The notes under the pieces were generated by a model that saw only the letters and a program-made list of their open reading frames with translations, had not been told where the DNA came from and searched no databases. A program made the position numbers and the translations under genes. A stretch of 64,000 nucleotides of DNA from Eubacteriales bacterium (GTDB lineage Bacteria; Bacillota; Clostridia; Oscillospirales; CAG-272). Of this stretch, positions 54,508-63,727 are shown piece by piece. The stretch is from assembly GCA_045596925.1 (NCBI GenBank), contig JAZODH010000041.1, forward strand, positions 1,594 to 65,593. The letters run 5' to 3'. The number at the start of each line of letters is the position of its first letter. Position 1 is the stretch's first letter.

Positions 54508-54540
54508 ACGCACCGCAGATAATCTGCGGTGCGTTTTCTC
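54508..54540 (+). terminator. glcK intrinsic terminator
   Basis: ACGCACCGCAG-ATAAT-CTGCGGTGCGT hairpin followed by TTTCTC. Confidence 0.7.
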
Positions 54541-54596
54541 GTAAAAAGCGCGTAGGTCGGGGGCTTACTCCCGCCGAAAGCCTCCTTGGAACCAAT

Positions 54597-54636
54597 CAAA
54601 AACCCCGACAGACGCGCTGTCGGGGTCGTTTTTTAT
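54597..54636 (-). terminator. terminator downstream of the DAK2-domain gene
   Basis: CCCCGACA-GACGCGC-TGTCGGGG hairpin flanked by A and T runs on both sides. Confidence 0.7.
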
Positions 54637-56342
54637 TCTGCTACGAAAATATAAGGATAGATCTCCTGTCCGCCGTCGATAAAATATATCTCTGCATCGG
54701 AATACTTTTCGGACAAGTATGCCGTCAGCTCCTCTTGCTCCGCAGGAGCGGAATCAGCACCCGCAAATACGGTCAGCATGAACTTATCGGGAAGCTCCAG
54801 AAGCTTTGATGCCAGGGCTTTTACCGCCGCCATTCTGTCCTGCTCGGAAACAACGATCTCCTTGTCGATAATTCCCATAGTATCTCCGCTCTTTATCTGG
54901 ACACCGCTGATCTCGGCATCGCGGATCGAGGGAGAAACGTAGCCCGCACTTACGCGCTTCATAGCCTCCTCCATTTCGGAAATGACCGCGTCAACGTCGG
55001 GATTATCAAGATTTGCCGCAGAAATGGCAACGTAGCCCGTTCCAATATTCTTGCTGGGAATAACATGGACCTGAGCATCCTTGTGAAGCTCGCCCGCCTG
55101 CTGCGCCGCCATAAAAATGTTGGAATTGTTGGGAAAAACGAAGATATGCTCGGCACTGATCTGCTCAAACGCCTCAATAAAATCACGGGTCGAGGGGTTT
55201 TGGGTCTGTCCGCCGGGGACTACCACGTCGGTGCCAAGCTGTGTGAACAGCTCGGTGACACCGGGACCGTTACTCACCGCAACGATACCGTATCTCTTGG
55301 CGGAAGCCGATTCCTTCGCTTCGGATTTATCGGGTTTGCCAGACTCAAGCTCGGTGTGCTGAACCGACATATTTTCGATCTTTACAGTCAGAAATTCGCC
55401 GAATTTTCTGCCGTACTCAAGGACCTTTTCGGGTGTAAAGGTGTGAACGTGCAATTTTACGATGCTTTCGGTCTTGAAAGCAACCACAGAGTCGCCCACA
55501 CTCGCCAGAAAGGTACGAAGTGCATCAATATCAAAGCTCTCAACGTCGGTCTTTGACCGCTGGAGCTGGAGAAGAAGCTCGGTGCAATATCCGTAGGTCA
55601 TCTCACTGTTCTCGTTGAAAGCAAAGCTTACGGGTGCCGCCGTCTTGGGTGCAGGTGTCGCCGCACTTTCAGGCTCGTCGGTAGCCTCCTCGCCGTTGAG
55701 AACGCGGTTGAAGCCCTCCATGATATAGAGAAGTCCCGCTCCGCCGCTGTCTACGACGCCTGCTTCCTTGAGAACCGCCAGGATCTCGGGAGTGCGGTCG
55801 AGAGAAGCGTGCATCTCCTTTACCAGATCCGCAAACAGAGAACGGATCGTGCTCTTGGGAGTCAGGTTAGCCACCGCATATTCCACCGCCTCGCGGGCAA
55901 CCGTGAGGATAGTTCCCTCCGCAGGGTTCATAACCGAGGAATAAGCCTGCTCAACGCCCATTTCAAGGGCATGGGCAAAGGTCGCGGGATCGGCAGTCTT
56001 GGATTTTGAAAGTCCCTTTGACATTCCCGCAAAAAATTGGGACAAAATAACGCCCGAGTTGCCTCTTGCGCCCAGCAGCATACCGTGGGAAAGGGTCTTC
56101 ATCACCTCTGCCAGGTCGTCGGAATCGATATTCTCGATAGCCGCGATGCCGCTCTCGATGGTCATTCGCATATTGTCGCCCGTATCGCCGTCAGGCACCG
56201 GGAAGACGTTAAGCTTATTTACCTCGTCGGAATTGGAGCGAAGTCTGCTTGCGCCGCCCTTCGCCATCTTCGAAAAAAGGATACCGCCCAGGTCCTTTAT
56301 ATTAAAATTTCCCTTGGGAGCCTTCTTTTCCTTATTTGCCAT
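54633..56342 (-). CDS. yloV: DAK2 (DhaL) domain fusion protein, YloV family
   Basis: N-terminal DhaL motif NVFPVPDGDTGDNM. 569 aa. Downstream of degV, as is usual. Confidence 0.85.
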   Translation of the reverse strand: MANKEKKAPKGNFNIKDLGGILFSKMAKGGASRLRSNSDEVNKLNVFPVPDGDTGDNMRMTIESGIAAIENIDSDDLAEVMKTLSHGMLLGARGNSGVILSQFFAGMSKGLSKSKTADPATFAHALEMGVEQAYSSVMNPAEGTILTVAREAVEYAVANLTPKSTIRSLFADLVKEMHASLDRTPEILAVLKEAGVVDSGGAGLLYIMEGFNRVLNGEEATDEPESAATPAPKTAAPVSFAFNENSEMTYGYCTELLLQLQRSKTDVESFDIDALRTFLASVGDSVVAFKTESIVKLHVHTFTPEKVLEYGRKFGEFLTVKIENMSVQHTELESGKPDKSEAKESASAKRYGIVAVSNGPGVTELFTQLGTDVVVPGGQTQNPSTRDFIEAFEQISAEHIFVFPNNSNIFMAAQQAGELHKDAQVHVIPSKNIGTGYVAISAANLDNPDVDAVISEMEEAMKRVSAGYVSPSIRDAEISGVQIKSGDTMGIIDKEIVVSEQDRMAAVKALASKLLELPDKFMLTVFAGADSAPAEQEELTAYLSEKYSDAEIYFIDGGQEIYPYIFVAE

Positions 56343-56375
56343 AAACTTTTATCTCCGTATGAATTTTTATCTGCG

Positions 56376-57242
56376 TCAATTAAGTCGGCTCTTGCCCGGG
56401 AAAAACAGAGCAACGGTGCCGGGGCCGGAATGGGAACCGATGATGGGTCCAACATCCGTGATAAGCTCGACCTTAGCGCCGTATTTCGTTTTGAGAAGGT
56501 CCGCTAAGTACTGCGCATCTGCCATACAGTCACCGTGGGAGATAAAGGCGATGCCGCCGAGATCGGTGGCAAGCTCGCCGTACTTGTCTGCCATGGCGTT
56601 CAGAGACATCTTTCTGCCTCTGACCTTGGAATAGGGCACCAGATGACCCTCGTCGTCCATGCGGAGCACGGGCTTGATACCGAGCATATTTCCAAAGAAA
56701 GCCGCCGCTGCGCTGATTCTGCCGCCGCGCTTCAGGTATACCAGATCGTCAACGGTAAACCAGATAGATATCTTCAGCTTGATATCCTCAGCATAATCCG
56801 CTGCCTCGTCGACGGTGGCACCCGCATTCTTTTTGTCGTTTACAAGCTTTACGATAAGACCGTAGCCCGCAGACGCGGAAAGGGTATCTACAACTCTGAT
56901 AGTACGGTCGGGATATTTTTCCGCAAGTCCTACGGAAGCAAGTCTTGCAGAATTATACGTGGTACTCAGTGCCGAGGAAAATCCAATATAAAGAACGTCC
57001 CTGCCCTGCAACAGTACTTCCTCAAAGGCCTTCTCAAACTCCGCCACGTTAACGGCAGAGGTCTTAGGGGTGGCGCCCTCTCTCATCTTCTGATAAAAGT
57101 CTCCGATGTCAACGTCGTCAAGTGAGGCCGTTTCATCGCCGTCATAGTGCAGATGCAGGCTTTTACAGGGTATTTTCCATTCCTCGAGAAGAGATTTGGG
57201 CAGATCACAGCCCGAATCGGTAAAAATAACGTAATCGTTCAT
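56376..57242 (-). CDS. degV: DegV-family fatty-acid-binding protein
   Basis: MNDYVIFTDSGCDLP..., YIGFSSALSTTYNSA, and the GPGTVALFF C-terminus. Confidence 0.85.
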   Translation of the reverse strand: MNDYVIFTDSGCDLPKSLLEEWKIPCKSLHLHYDGDETASLDDVDIGDFYQKMREGATPKTSAVNVAEFEKAFEEVLLQGRDVLYIGFSSALSTTYNSARLASVGLAEKYPDRTIRVVDTLSASAGYGLIVKLVNDKKNAGATVDEAADYAEDIKLKISIWFTVDDLVYLKRGGRISAAAAFFGNMLGIKPVLRMDDEGHLVPYSKVRGRKMSLNAMADKYGELATDLGGIAFISHGDCMADAQYLADLLKTKYGAKVELITDVGPIIGSHSGPGTVALFFPGKSRLN

Positions 57243-57261
57243 TTGCTTTCTCCTTAATATT

Positions 57262-57696
57262 TCAGGTTGCCAGGCCGTCAAGGCGATCAGAGATTATCGA
57301 AAGGCATTTGTAGAAATTCTCGCGCTCGTTCTCGGTCAGCTCGTCGTCAATTTCAGCGAGCACTCCTTTTACCTTGTCGGAAATCTGCTTTCCTGCCGCC
57401 TCACCCTTTTCGGTAAGCACCAGGGGGGCCTTATATCTCTTTGCCTTCCTCGACTGGCAGACGATATATCCGTTTTTTTCAAGATGGTCGATGGAGCGTG
57501 ATATGGTGGCCTTGTCCTCCTCGCATCTTTCGCAGAGGTCGGTCGCGGTGAGAGATTCGGAGGTATAAAGGTAATACAAGCAGGAAACGTGCGGGCTTTT
57601 CAGATCGTAGTCTGCCATTTCCCTGTTCTTGATTTTCCTTATATTACGGCTTATCTTCGTTATCAAGACCGTAAATTTTTCAAATCTCTCTTTCAT
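57262..57696 (-). CDS. MarR-family transcriptional regulator
   Basis: Winged-helix region LTATDLCERCEEDKATISRSIDHLEKNGYI. About 145 aa from ATG 57696. Confidence 0.75.
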   Translation of the reverse strand: MKERFEKFTVLITKISRNIRKIKNREMADYDLKSPHVSCLYYLYTSESLTATDLCERCEEDKATISRSIDHLEKNGYIVCQSRKAKRYKAPLVLTEKGEAAGKQISDKVKGVLAEIDDELTENERENFYKCLSIISDRLDGLAT

Positions 57697-57845
57697 GAGT
57701 ACCTCCGCGCATTTTGTTGATATTTCAACAATCATGGAATATTATACCACGGTTTTCAGGAAAAGTCAACCATTTTATTAAATATTCGGCAGAAAACATC
57801 GAGGCACAGAAAAACGGCGTCCCTTCTCGGGGACGCCGTTTAAAA

Positions 57846-60266
57846 TCATCTGAGTTCCACACCCATTGTGTGCTGGAGTTTTTTGAGGATTCTCTTGACG
57901 TAGCCGTCGATCTCCTCGCCCGTGAACTCATGGTCGTCGGGAGTGAATACGAGCTTGAACGCCATGCTCTTCTTACCCTCGCCGATCTGCGCACCGCGGT
58001 AAACGTCAAAGAGAGTTACCGAGGTAATATACTTGCAGGAAGACGCAATAGCCTCCTCAAGTGCGCCACAGGTGGTCTCCTCACCGCAAACAAGGGCAAG
58101 GTCACGTGTCTCTGCGGCGAACTTGGAGATAGGAGTGAAACGGATAGCCGTATCGAAATGCTCGGAGAGAAGCTGATAGTCAAGCTCGCCCACAAACACG
58201 GGCTTTTCAATGGCAAGCTCCTCGCAGACCTCGTAGGAAAGTCTGCCGAGATAGCCCACCTCAACGTCACCGAGAAGCACCTTTGCACTCATTCCGGGGT
58301 GCAGGAAGGGCTTTGTGTCGTCGCGAACGTAGGTGAATTTAAGATTGAACGTGTCAGCGATCGTCTCGTACGCACCCTTTGCGGTGAAGAAGGTCTCGTT
58401 GTCACCGAAAACGCCCACAGAAAGCATCATATGCTCCTCGGGATAGTCGGTGAGAGGCAGAGACTTGGGGATAAACTTGCGGGCGATCTCAAAGAACCTG
58501 CCTGCCATATTTCCACGGCGGAGATTGCGGACTGCCGCATTCACCATAGAAGGTGCGAGAGTCGTTCTCATGAGCGAAAGATCCTCGCTGATAGGGTTCA
58601 TGATGCGGATAGCGTTTCTCTCGGGCGCGTCCTCGGCGTACCTCAGCATATCAAGGTCACGGGGAGAGAAGAACGAGTAGAACATGGACTCATAGTAGCC
58701 CTGAGCCGCAAGCGCGCGCTTGAGCTTGAGCATTACCTTCTGGTCGTGATTGAGACCACCGCAGGTAACCTTTGCGGTACGCAGGAAAGAGGGCACGATA
58801 TGCTCGTAGCCGTAAGAACGGATAACCTCCTCGGCAATATCCTGAACGTTATTGTCAATATCGTCACGGTAAGGAGGAACCATCACGGAAAGCTCGTCGC
58901 CGTTTATCTTAGGCTCGAAGTTGAGAGCGGCGAGAGTACGGATAATATCCTTTTCGGGAACGGAAATTCCGAGGATCTCCTCCATTTTTGCGATGCTGAC
59001 CGTAAGAGGCGTTGCCTCGGTGGAATTGCCCGAGGAACGCTCGATGTGGAGCTTTGAGACCTTGCCGCAACCAAGCTCGCAAACCAGGTGCAAAGCGCGC
59101 TTCATACCAAGCTGAGTGGTATACTCGTCAAGTCCCTTTTCAAAGCGGGAGCTGGAGTCCGAGCTTTGACCCAGTGCACGTGAAGTTCTGCGGACGTTAT
59201 CACGGGCGAATTTCGCGGACTCGAACATAACCGCCTTCGTGGTATCCTTGATCTCGGAGTTGAGACCGCCCATGATGCCCGCCAGAGCAACGGGTCTGTG
59301 ACCGTCGCAGATGACCAGGTTTGCGGGGTTAAGCTCAAATTCCTTCTCGTCAAGAGTAGTGATCTTCTCGCCCTGCGCCGCACGGCGGACGATGATCTCG
59401 GAGTTTTCAAGGTCTGCCATGTCAAATGCGTGCATGGGCTGACCGAATTCCTTTAAAACGTAGTTTGTGATATCGACCATGTTGGAGATAGAGTTCACCC
59501 CAACCAGCGCCAGACGGCGGCGCATCCATGCGGGAGACTGTCCTATCTCAACGTCGGAAACGTAGTGGGCGATATAGCGAGGGCAAAGGTCGGGAGCCTC
59601 AACCGTTACGTTAAAATCAAGATCTGCGCCGTTCTCCTCGTAGTCGAGGGCAGGCATTTTGAACTCCTTGCCCAGAACTGCCGCAACCTCGCGGGCGATA
59701 CCGATAATGCTCTGGCAGTCGGGACGGTTCGCGGTGATGGCGATATCGAAAATATAGTCGTCAAGACCGACGATGGGCTTTACATCTGCGCCAAGAGGTG
59801 CGTCTGCGGGAAGAATCAGCAGACCGTTATAACCTGCGCCCGGGTACATATCCTCGCTGACACCGATCTCAACGCCCGAGCAAAGCATACCCTCGGAATC
59901 AACTCCGCGGAGCTTGCCCTTTTTGATCGTCATGACCCCTTCAATGGTCGTGTGGTCCTTTGCGGTGGCGTAGACCGTTGCGCCCACAAGAGCAACGGGG
60001 AATCTGCCACCAACGCACACGTTATCCGCGCCACAGCAGATCTGGAACGTGCCCTTATCGCCGCAGTCAACGGTGCAAATATGAATGTGTGTGTCGGGAA
60101 TAAGCTCGCAGGTCAAAACCTCACCTACCACAACTCCCGAAATGTCTTTTCCTATTTCGTTAAGCTCCTCGACCTCAAAGCCCACCGAGAACAAAAGTCT
60201 CTCAAGCTCCTTGGCGGGAACGTCAATGTCTACGTATTCACGAAGCCAACTAAGCGGTGCTAACAT
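57846..60266 (-). CDS. pheT: phenylalanine--tRNA ligase beta subunit
   Basis: MLAPLSWLREYVDIDV N-terminus. tRNA-binding, B3/4, B5 and FDX-ACB layout. 806 aa. Confidence 0.95.
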   Translation of the reverse strand: MLAPLSWLREYVDIDVPAKELERLLFSVGFEVEELNEIGKDISGVVVGEVLTCELIPDTHIHICTVDCGDKGTFQICCGADNVCVGGRFPVALVGATVYATAKDHTTIEGVMTIKKGKLRGVDSEGMLCSGVEIGVSEDMYPGAGYNGLLILPADAPLGADVKPIVGLDDYIFDIAITANRPDCQSIIGIAREVAAVLGKEFKMPALDYEENGADLDFNVTVEAPDLCPRYIAHYVSDVEIGQSPAWMRRRLALVGVNSISNMVDITNYVLKEFGQPMHAFDMADLENSEIIVRRAAQGEKITTLDEKEFELNPANLVICDGHRPVALAGIMGGLNSEIKDTTKAVMFESAKFARDNVRRTSRALGQSSDSSSRFEKGLDEYTTQLGMKRALHLVCELGCGKVSKLHIERSSGNSTEATPLTVSIAKMEEILGISVPEKDIIRTLAALNFEPKINGDELSVMVPPYRDDIDNNVQDIAEEVIRSYGYEHIVPSFLRTAKVTCGGLNHDQKVMLKLKRALAAQGYYESMFYSFFSPRDLDMLRYAEDAPERNAIRIMNPISEDLSLMRTTLAPSMVNAAVRNLRRGNMAGRFFEIARKFIPKSLPLTDYPEEHMMLSVGVFGDNETFFTAKGAYETIADTFNLKFTYVRDDTKPFLHPGMSAKVLLGDVEVGYLGRLSYEVCEELAIEKPVFVGELDYQLLSEHFDTAIRFTPISKFAAETRDLALVCGEETTCGALEEAIASSCKYITSVTLFDVYRGAQIGEGKKSMAFKLVFTPDDHEFTGEEIDGYVKRILKKLQHTMGVELR

Positions 60267-60280
60267 ATCCTTTTACCTCC

Positions 60281-61312
60281 TTAGTCCTTGAACTGTTTTG
60301 CGAATCTAACGTCAGATTCGAACAGGTTCTTGATATTGTTGATGCCATACTTGAGCATGGCGATTCTCTCAACGCCCATACCGAAGGCAAAGCCCGAATA
60401 CTCGGTAGAATCAATGCCGCAGTTCTCAAGCACGCGGTGATTTACGATACCTGCGCCCAGAACCTCGATCCATCCCGTGCCCTTGCAGAGCTTGCAGCCC
60501 TTGCCGCCGCAGGCAAAGCAGGAAACGTCAACCTCAACGGAAGGCTCTGTGAAGGGGAAATAAGAGGGACGGAGACGTGTCTTTACGCCCTCGCCGAAAA
60601 TGCGGGAGGAGAAGGTGTCAAGCATACCCTGAAGGTCGCAAACTGAGATCCCCTTGTCAACCACCAGACCCTCCATCTGAGAGAACATGGGAGAATGGGT
60701 AGCGTCGTCGTCCGAGCGGAAGACCTTACCGGGAGAAAGTATCTTGATAGGAGGGTTTTTGTTCTCCATTACGTGGATCTGACCTGCGGAGGTCTGGGTA
60801 CGGAGCAAAAATCCCTCGGAGAGATAGAAGGTGTCCTGCATATCTCTTGCGGGGTGGTCTGCGGGGGTGTTGAGAGCCGTGAAATTGTAATAATCGCTCT
60901 CGATCTCGCTGCCCTCGTATATCTCAAAGCCCATGCCCGAGAATATCTCGATCAGCTCGTTGCAAACCAAGGTGTCGGGGTGGAGACCGCCGACAGTCTC
61001 GGTGACGGCAGGCATAGTTACGTCGATCGCCTCTGCGGCATTCTTTGCCGCAAGCTCTGCCGCGTGGAGCCTTTTGTCTGCCGCATCAAAGGCAGAGGTT
61101 GCCCACTCCTTTATTTCGTTGATGATCTTACCTACTGCGGGACGGTCCTCTTTGGGAACGTCCTTCATTCCCTTCATTATCTGGGAGATCTTACCCTCTT
61201 TGTTGTCAAGGAAGGTCTTTCTGAACTCGTAAAGCTCCTTTGAGGTAGAATAAGAGCCGATACCGCTCTCGATCTCCTCTCGGATCTCACGAATCTGGTC
61301 TTGCATAGCCAT
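60281..61312 (-). CDS. pheS: phenylalanine--tRNA ligase alpha subunit
   Basis: [29 protein letters not shown] and [17 protein letters not shown] class-II motifs. The real start is ATG 61312; the track ORF extends into the T-box leader. Confidence 0.95.
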   Translation of the reverse strand: MAMQDQIREIREEIESGIGSYSTSKELYEFRKTFLDNKEGKISQIMKGMKDVPKEDRPAVGKIINEIKEWATSAFDAADKRLHAAELAAKNAAEAIDVTMPAVTETVGGLHPDTLVCNELIEIFSGMGFEIYEGSEIESDYYNFTALNTPADHPARDMQDTFYLSEGFLLRTQTSAGQIHVMENKNPPIKILSPGKVFRSDDDATHSPMFSQMEGLVVDKGISVCDLQGMLDTFSSRIFGEGVKTRLRPSYFPFTEPSVEVDVSCFACGGKGCKLCKGTGWIEVLGAGIVNHRVLENCGIDSTEYSGFAFGMGVERIAMLKYGINNIKNLFESDVRFAKQFKD

Positions 61313-61344
61313 TTTGCGTAAATCCTTTCGTTTTATATAGTGAT

Positions 61345-61610
61345 TTTTTATTTTTAATAAAAAAAGTCCGTCCCGAAAACGGGACGGACTGAAAAATCCG
61401 CGGTACCACCCGAATTTGAGCCGAAGCTCACAACTCATCAGCCTTTAACGGTGGCATACCGAAGCCGACTACAAGGAAAATTTCAAATTCTTCCCTTCCC
61501 CGACTCTGCTCCAAAGCGAAAGGCATCATTCATCTGCGCAAAGTGCTCTCAGCCAGTGGCACTTCTCTCTTTTTCGCAGATCAGCGAAATCAGCCGACTT
61601 CATCACAACA
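61345..61610 (-). promoter_or_regulatory. T-box leader (tRNA-Phe-responsive riboswitch) of pheST
   Basis: The minus strand contains the T-box sequence AAATTCGGGTGGTACCGCGG. It is followed by the terminator AGTCCGTCCC-GTTTTC-GGGACGGACT plus TTTTTTTATT. Upstream is a Stem-I-like hairpin TCTGCG...AGAGAG...CGCAGA with a candidate Phe specifier UUU(G); I could not fix the specifier by eye. Confidence 0.85.
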
Positions 61611-61618
61611 TTTAGTAT

Positions 61619-61647
61619 AATATATCACATTTTTCTGTCGTTGTCAA
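61619..61647 (-). promoter_or_regulatory. sigma-70 promoter of the pheST T-box leader
   Basis: Minus strand TTGACA, 17-nt spacer, TGa-TATATT. Confidence 0.55.
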
Positions 61648-61671
61648 GAGGTTTTTCAAAGCAAACAATGC

Positions 61672-61791
61672 CCCTTGCCTTGTAGGGGCGGACAGCATCC
61701 GCCCGCAATTCGTGGCGGGAGGATAATATCCTCCCCTACGGGTATGCAGCGGCGATCGCTCTCTCTTGTAGGGACGAGCATTGCTCGTCCG
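61672..61791. repeat. cluster of three GTAGGG-hairpin (REP-like) elements
   Basis: TGTAG-GGGCGGA-CAGCA-TCCGCCC (61681-61704). GGGAGGATAATATCCTCCC-CTACG in inverted orientation (61717-61740). TGTAG-GGACGAGCA-T-TGCTCGTCC (61767-61790). Confidence 0.7.
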
Positions 61792-61822
61792 AAAAAGCCC
61801 TGCCCTTTCGGGCAGAGCTTTT
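61791..61822 (-). terminator. agcS intrinsic terminator
   Basis: Minus strand GCTCTGCCC-GAAA-GGGCAGGGC followed by TTTTTC. Confidence 0.75.
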
Positions 61823-61832
61823 AAGATATTTT

Positions 61833-63389
61833 TTATTCTTCGTCAGACTTTGCGTATTCCGCTTCGATATCGGAATCGTAGGAGCGAATAGGTGCAACGT
61901 CCTGTTTCTTTATCTTTCTGTCAATATAATTCTTTGTGATCTTGACAACAAGCGGGATCATAAAGAGTACACCTATCAAGTTGGGGATCATCATGAGACC
62001 GTTGAAGGTATCGGAAATATCCCAAGCGAGAGAAGACGTAAGAACTGCACCGAAGATAACGGTGATTACGTGGATTATCTTGAAGATGACAGTGGTCTTT
62101 GCGCCAAAGAGGTATTCCCAAGCCTTGGCACCATAGTGAGACCAGCCCAGAACGGTGGTGAAAGCAAAGAGGAACATTGCAATAGCAACGAATCTCTGGC
62201 CGATATTAGCCCAAGGGAAAACAGTATTGAACGCTCCGCCCACGAGAGTTGCGTCTGTCAGACCCTCCGCAATCTCGCCCGTTGTCATGTTGAACACACC
62301 GGAGGTGAGAACGACCAGAGCCGTCATGGTACAGACTACGATCGTGTCCGCAAATACTTCGAAGATACCCCACATACCCTGCTTAACAGGCTCCTTGATG
62401 CTGGAGTTGGAATGTACCATAACAGAAGAACCGAGACCTGCCTCGTTTGAGAACACGCCGCGCTTGAAGCCCTGCTGAGCCGCCAGCATGATGGCCGAGC
62501 CGAGAGTACCGCCCACAAATGCTTCGGGACGGAATGCATTAACGAAAATAGCCTTGAATGCAGGGAGAATACCTGCGTAATTCACACCGATAATAACGAT
62601 ACTTCCCGCAACAAAAAGAACGACCATGAAAGGAACGATCTTCTCTGCTACCGATGCGATTCTCTTAAGACCGCCCAGGGTAATGAGAGCCGTCAGGATC
62701 ATGACGATACCGCCCAGCAGAATGTTGTAGAGAGAGATTCCGCCGAACACCTCGACAGAGGAGATTGCCTTTACGTCAAAGGCAGCGGCAACGTTGGCAA
62801 CGATCTTGTTTACCTGACCCATAGAGCCGATACCAAAGGATGCAAGCATCGTAAAGATACAGAACAGAACCGCAAGGATCTTACCGGGCTTCTTGAGAGA
62901 TGCTTCGCCGTGACGGTCCTTGTAGGAATAGCTTCCAAAACCGTCCTGCAGGTAGTACATTGCACCGCCCGACCATTCGCCCTTTTCGTTTTTGCGGCGG
63001 AAGTAAAGACCGAGAACGTTCTCGGAATAGTTTGTCATCATGCCAAGGAATGCGGCAACCCACATCCAGAAAACAGCACCTGCACCGCCCACGCAAATAG
63101 CCGCGGCAACACCTGCGATGTTACCCGTACCGACTGTTGCGGCAAGAGCCGTACAAAGAGCCTGGAAAGGCGAGATTGCACCCTTCTCTTTTGTATGTCC
63201 GATTACGTCCTTCTTAAAAAGGCTTCCGATGGTGTTTTTCCACCACTCTTTGATGTGGGATACCTGAAAGACCTTTGTGCTGACAGTTGCAACAAGGCCC
63301 GTGCCCAGAAGCAGGATAAGTCCTACCCAACCCCACACGACACCATTGACGGCATTGTTGACCGTCGTGATTTTTTCCAGAAGATTCAT
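61833..63389 (-). CDS. agcS: alanine/glycine:cation (sodium) symporter, AGCS family
   Basis: 518-aa polytopic protein. ISPFQALCTALAATVGTGNIAGVA and SNEAGLGSS motifs typical of AGCS transporters. Confidence 0.85.
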   Translation of the reverse strand: MNLLEKITTVNNAVNGVVWGWVGLILLLGTGLVATVSTKVFQVSHIKEWWKNTIGSLFKKDVIGHTKEKGAISPFQALCTALAATVGTGNIAGVAAAICVGGAGAVFWMWVAAFLGMMTNYSENVLGLYFRRKNEKGEWSGGAMYYLQDGFGSYSYKDRHGEASLKKPGKILAVLFCIFTMLASFGIGSMGQVNKIVANVAAAFDVKAISSVEVFGGISLYNILLGGIVMILTALITLGGLKRIASVAEKIVPFMVVLFVAGSIVIIGVNYAGILPAFKAIFVNAFRPEAFVGGTLGSAIMLAAQQGFKRGVFSNEAGLGSSVMVHSNSSIKEPVKQGMWGIFEVFADTIVVCTMTALVVLTSGVFNMTTGEIAEGLTDATLVGGAFNTVFPWANIGQRFVAIAMFLFAFTTVLGWSHYGAKAWEYLFGAKTTVIFKIIHVITVIFGAVLTSSLAWDISDTFNGLMMIPNLIGVLFMIPLVVKITKNYIDRKIKKQDVAPIRSYDSDIEAEYAKSDEE

Positions 63390-63420
63390 AGCTTTTTCTC
63401 CTTTAATTGATTTTCACCAA

Positions 63421-63565
63421 TAAAAAAGTCCGAAGCTTGAAGCTCGGACGGAAATTTCATAATAAATATAAAACCTTGTCCTTTTGCCTGAGATATCAGC
63501 GACACTTGAATTGTCGCCTTAAACCTTCGGCACCCGCTCGTGACGGGATTCTCCAAAGCTCTGTA
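63421..63565 (-). promoter_or_regulatory. glycine riboswitch (single aptamer seen) plus terminator upstream of agcS
   Basis: Minus strand ...CTTTGGAGAATCCCGTCACGAGCGGGTGCCGAAGG...CTCAGGCAAAAGGACAAG... matches the glycine-aptamer signature GGAGA...CACCGAAGG...CTCAGGCAAAAGGAC. Followed by GTCCGAGCTT-CA-AGCTTCGGAC plus TTTTTTA. Confidence 0.75.
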
Positions 63566-63593
63566 AAAACAGATTTATTGATAATATGCGGCT

Positions 63594-63622
63594 ATTATAC
63601 CATACCTTTCCCCATAATGCAA
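63594..63622 (-). promoter_or_regulatory. sigma-70 promoter of the glycine riboswitch/agcS unit
   Basis: Minus strand TTGCAT, 17-nt spacer, TGg-TATAAT. Confidence 0.55.
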
Positions 63623-63727
63623 TACTTTTTTGCAAATTCATGCAAAAAAATAAAAAAATATGCAAAATTCGTGAGTTTTTGTGCAAAAGAATGAATTTTC
63701 CTGCAAAGAATGCATGATAATCCCCCC

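Noticed and set aside
57714-59057. 447-aa plus-strand ORF antisense to pheT. Similar long antisense ORFs occur at 442-1314, 35664-36746, 43194-44153, 46799-47752 and 48718-49533.
   Set aside because: All lie opposite confidently identified genes (pheT, mutL, acyltransferase, the 937-aa protein, the Yip1 fusion, a permease). They have arginine/glycine/valine-rich nonsense-like composition and lack ribosome-binding sites. I treat them as shadow ORFs.
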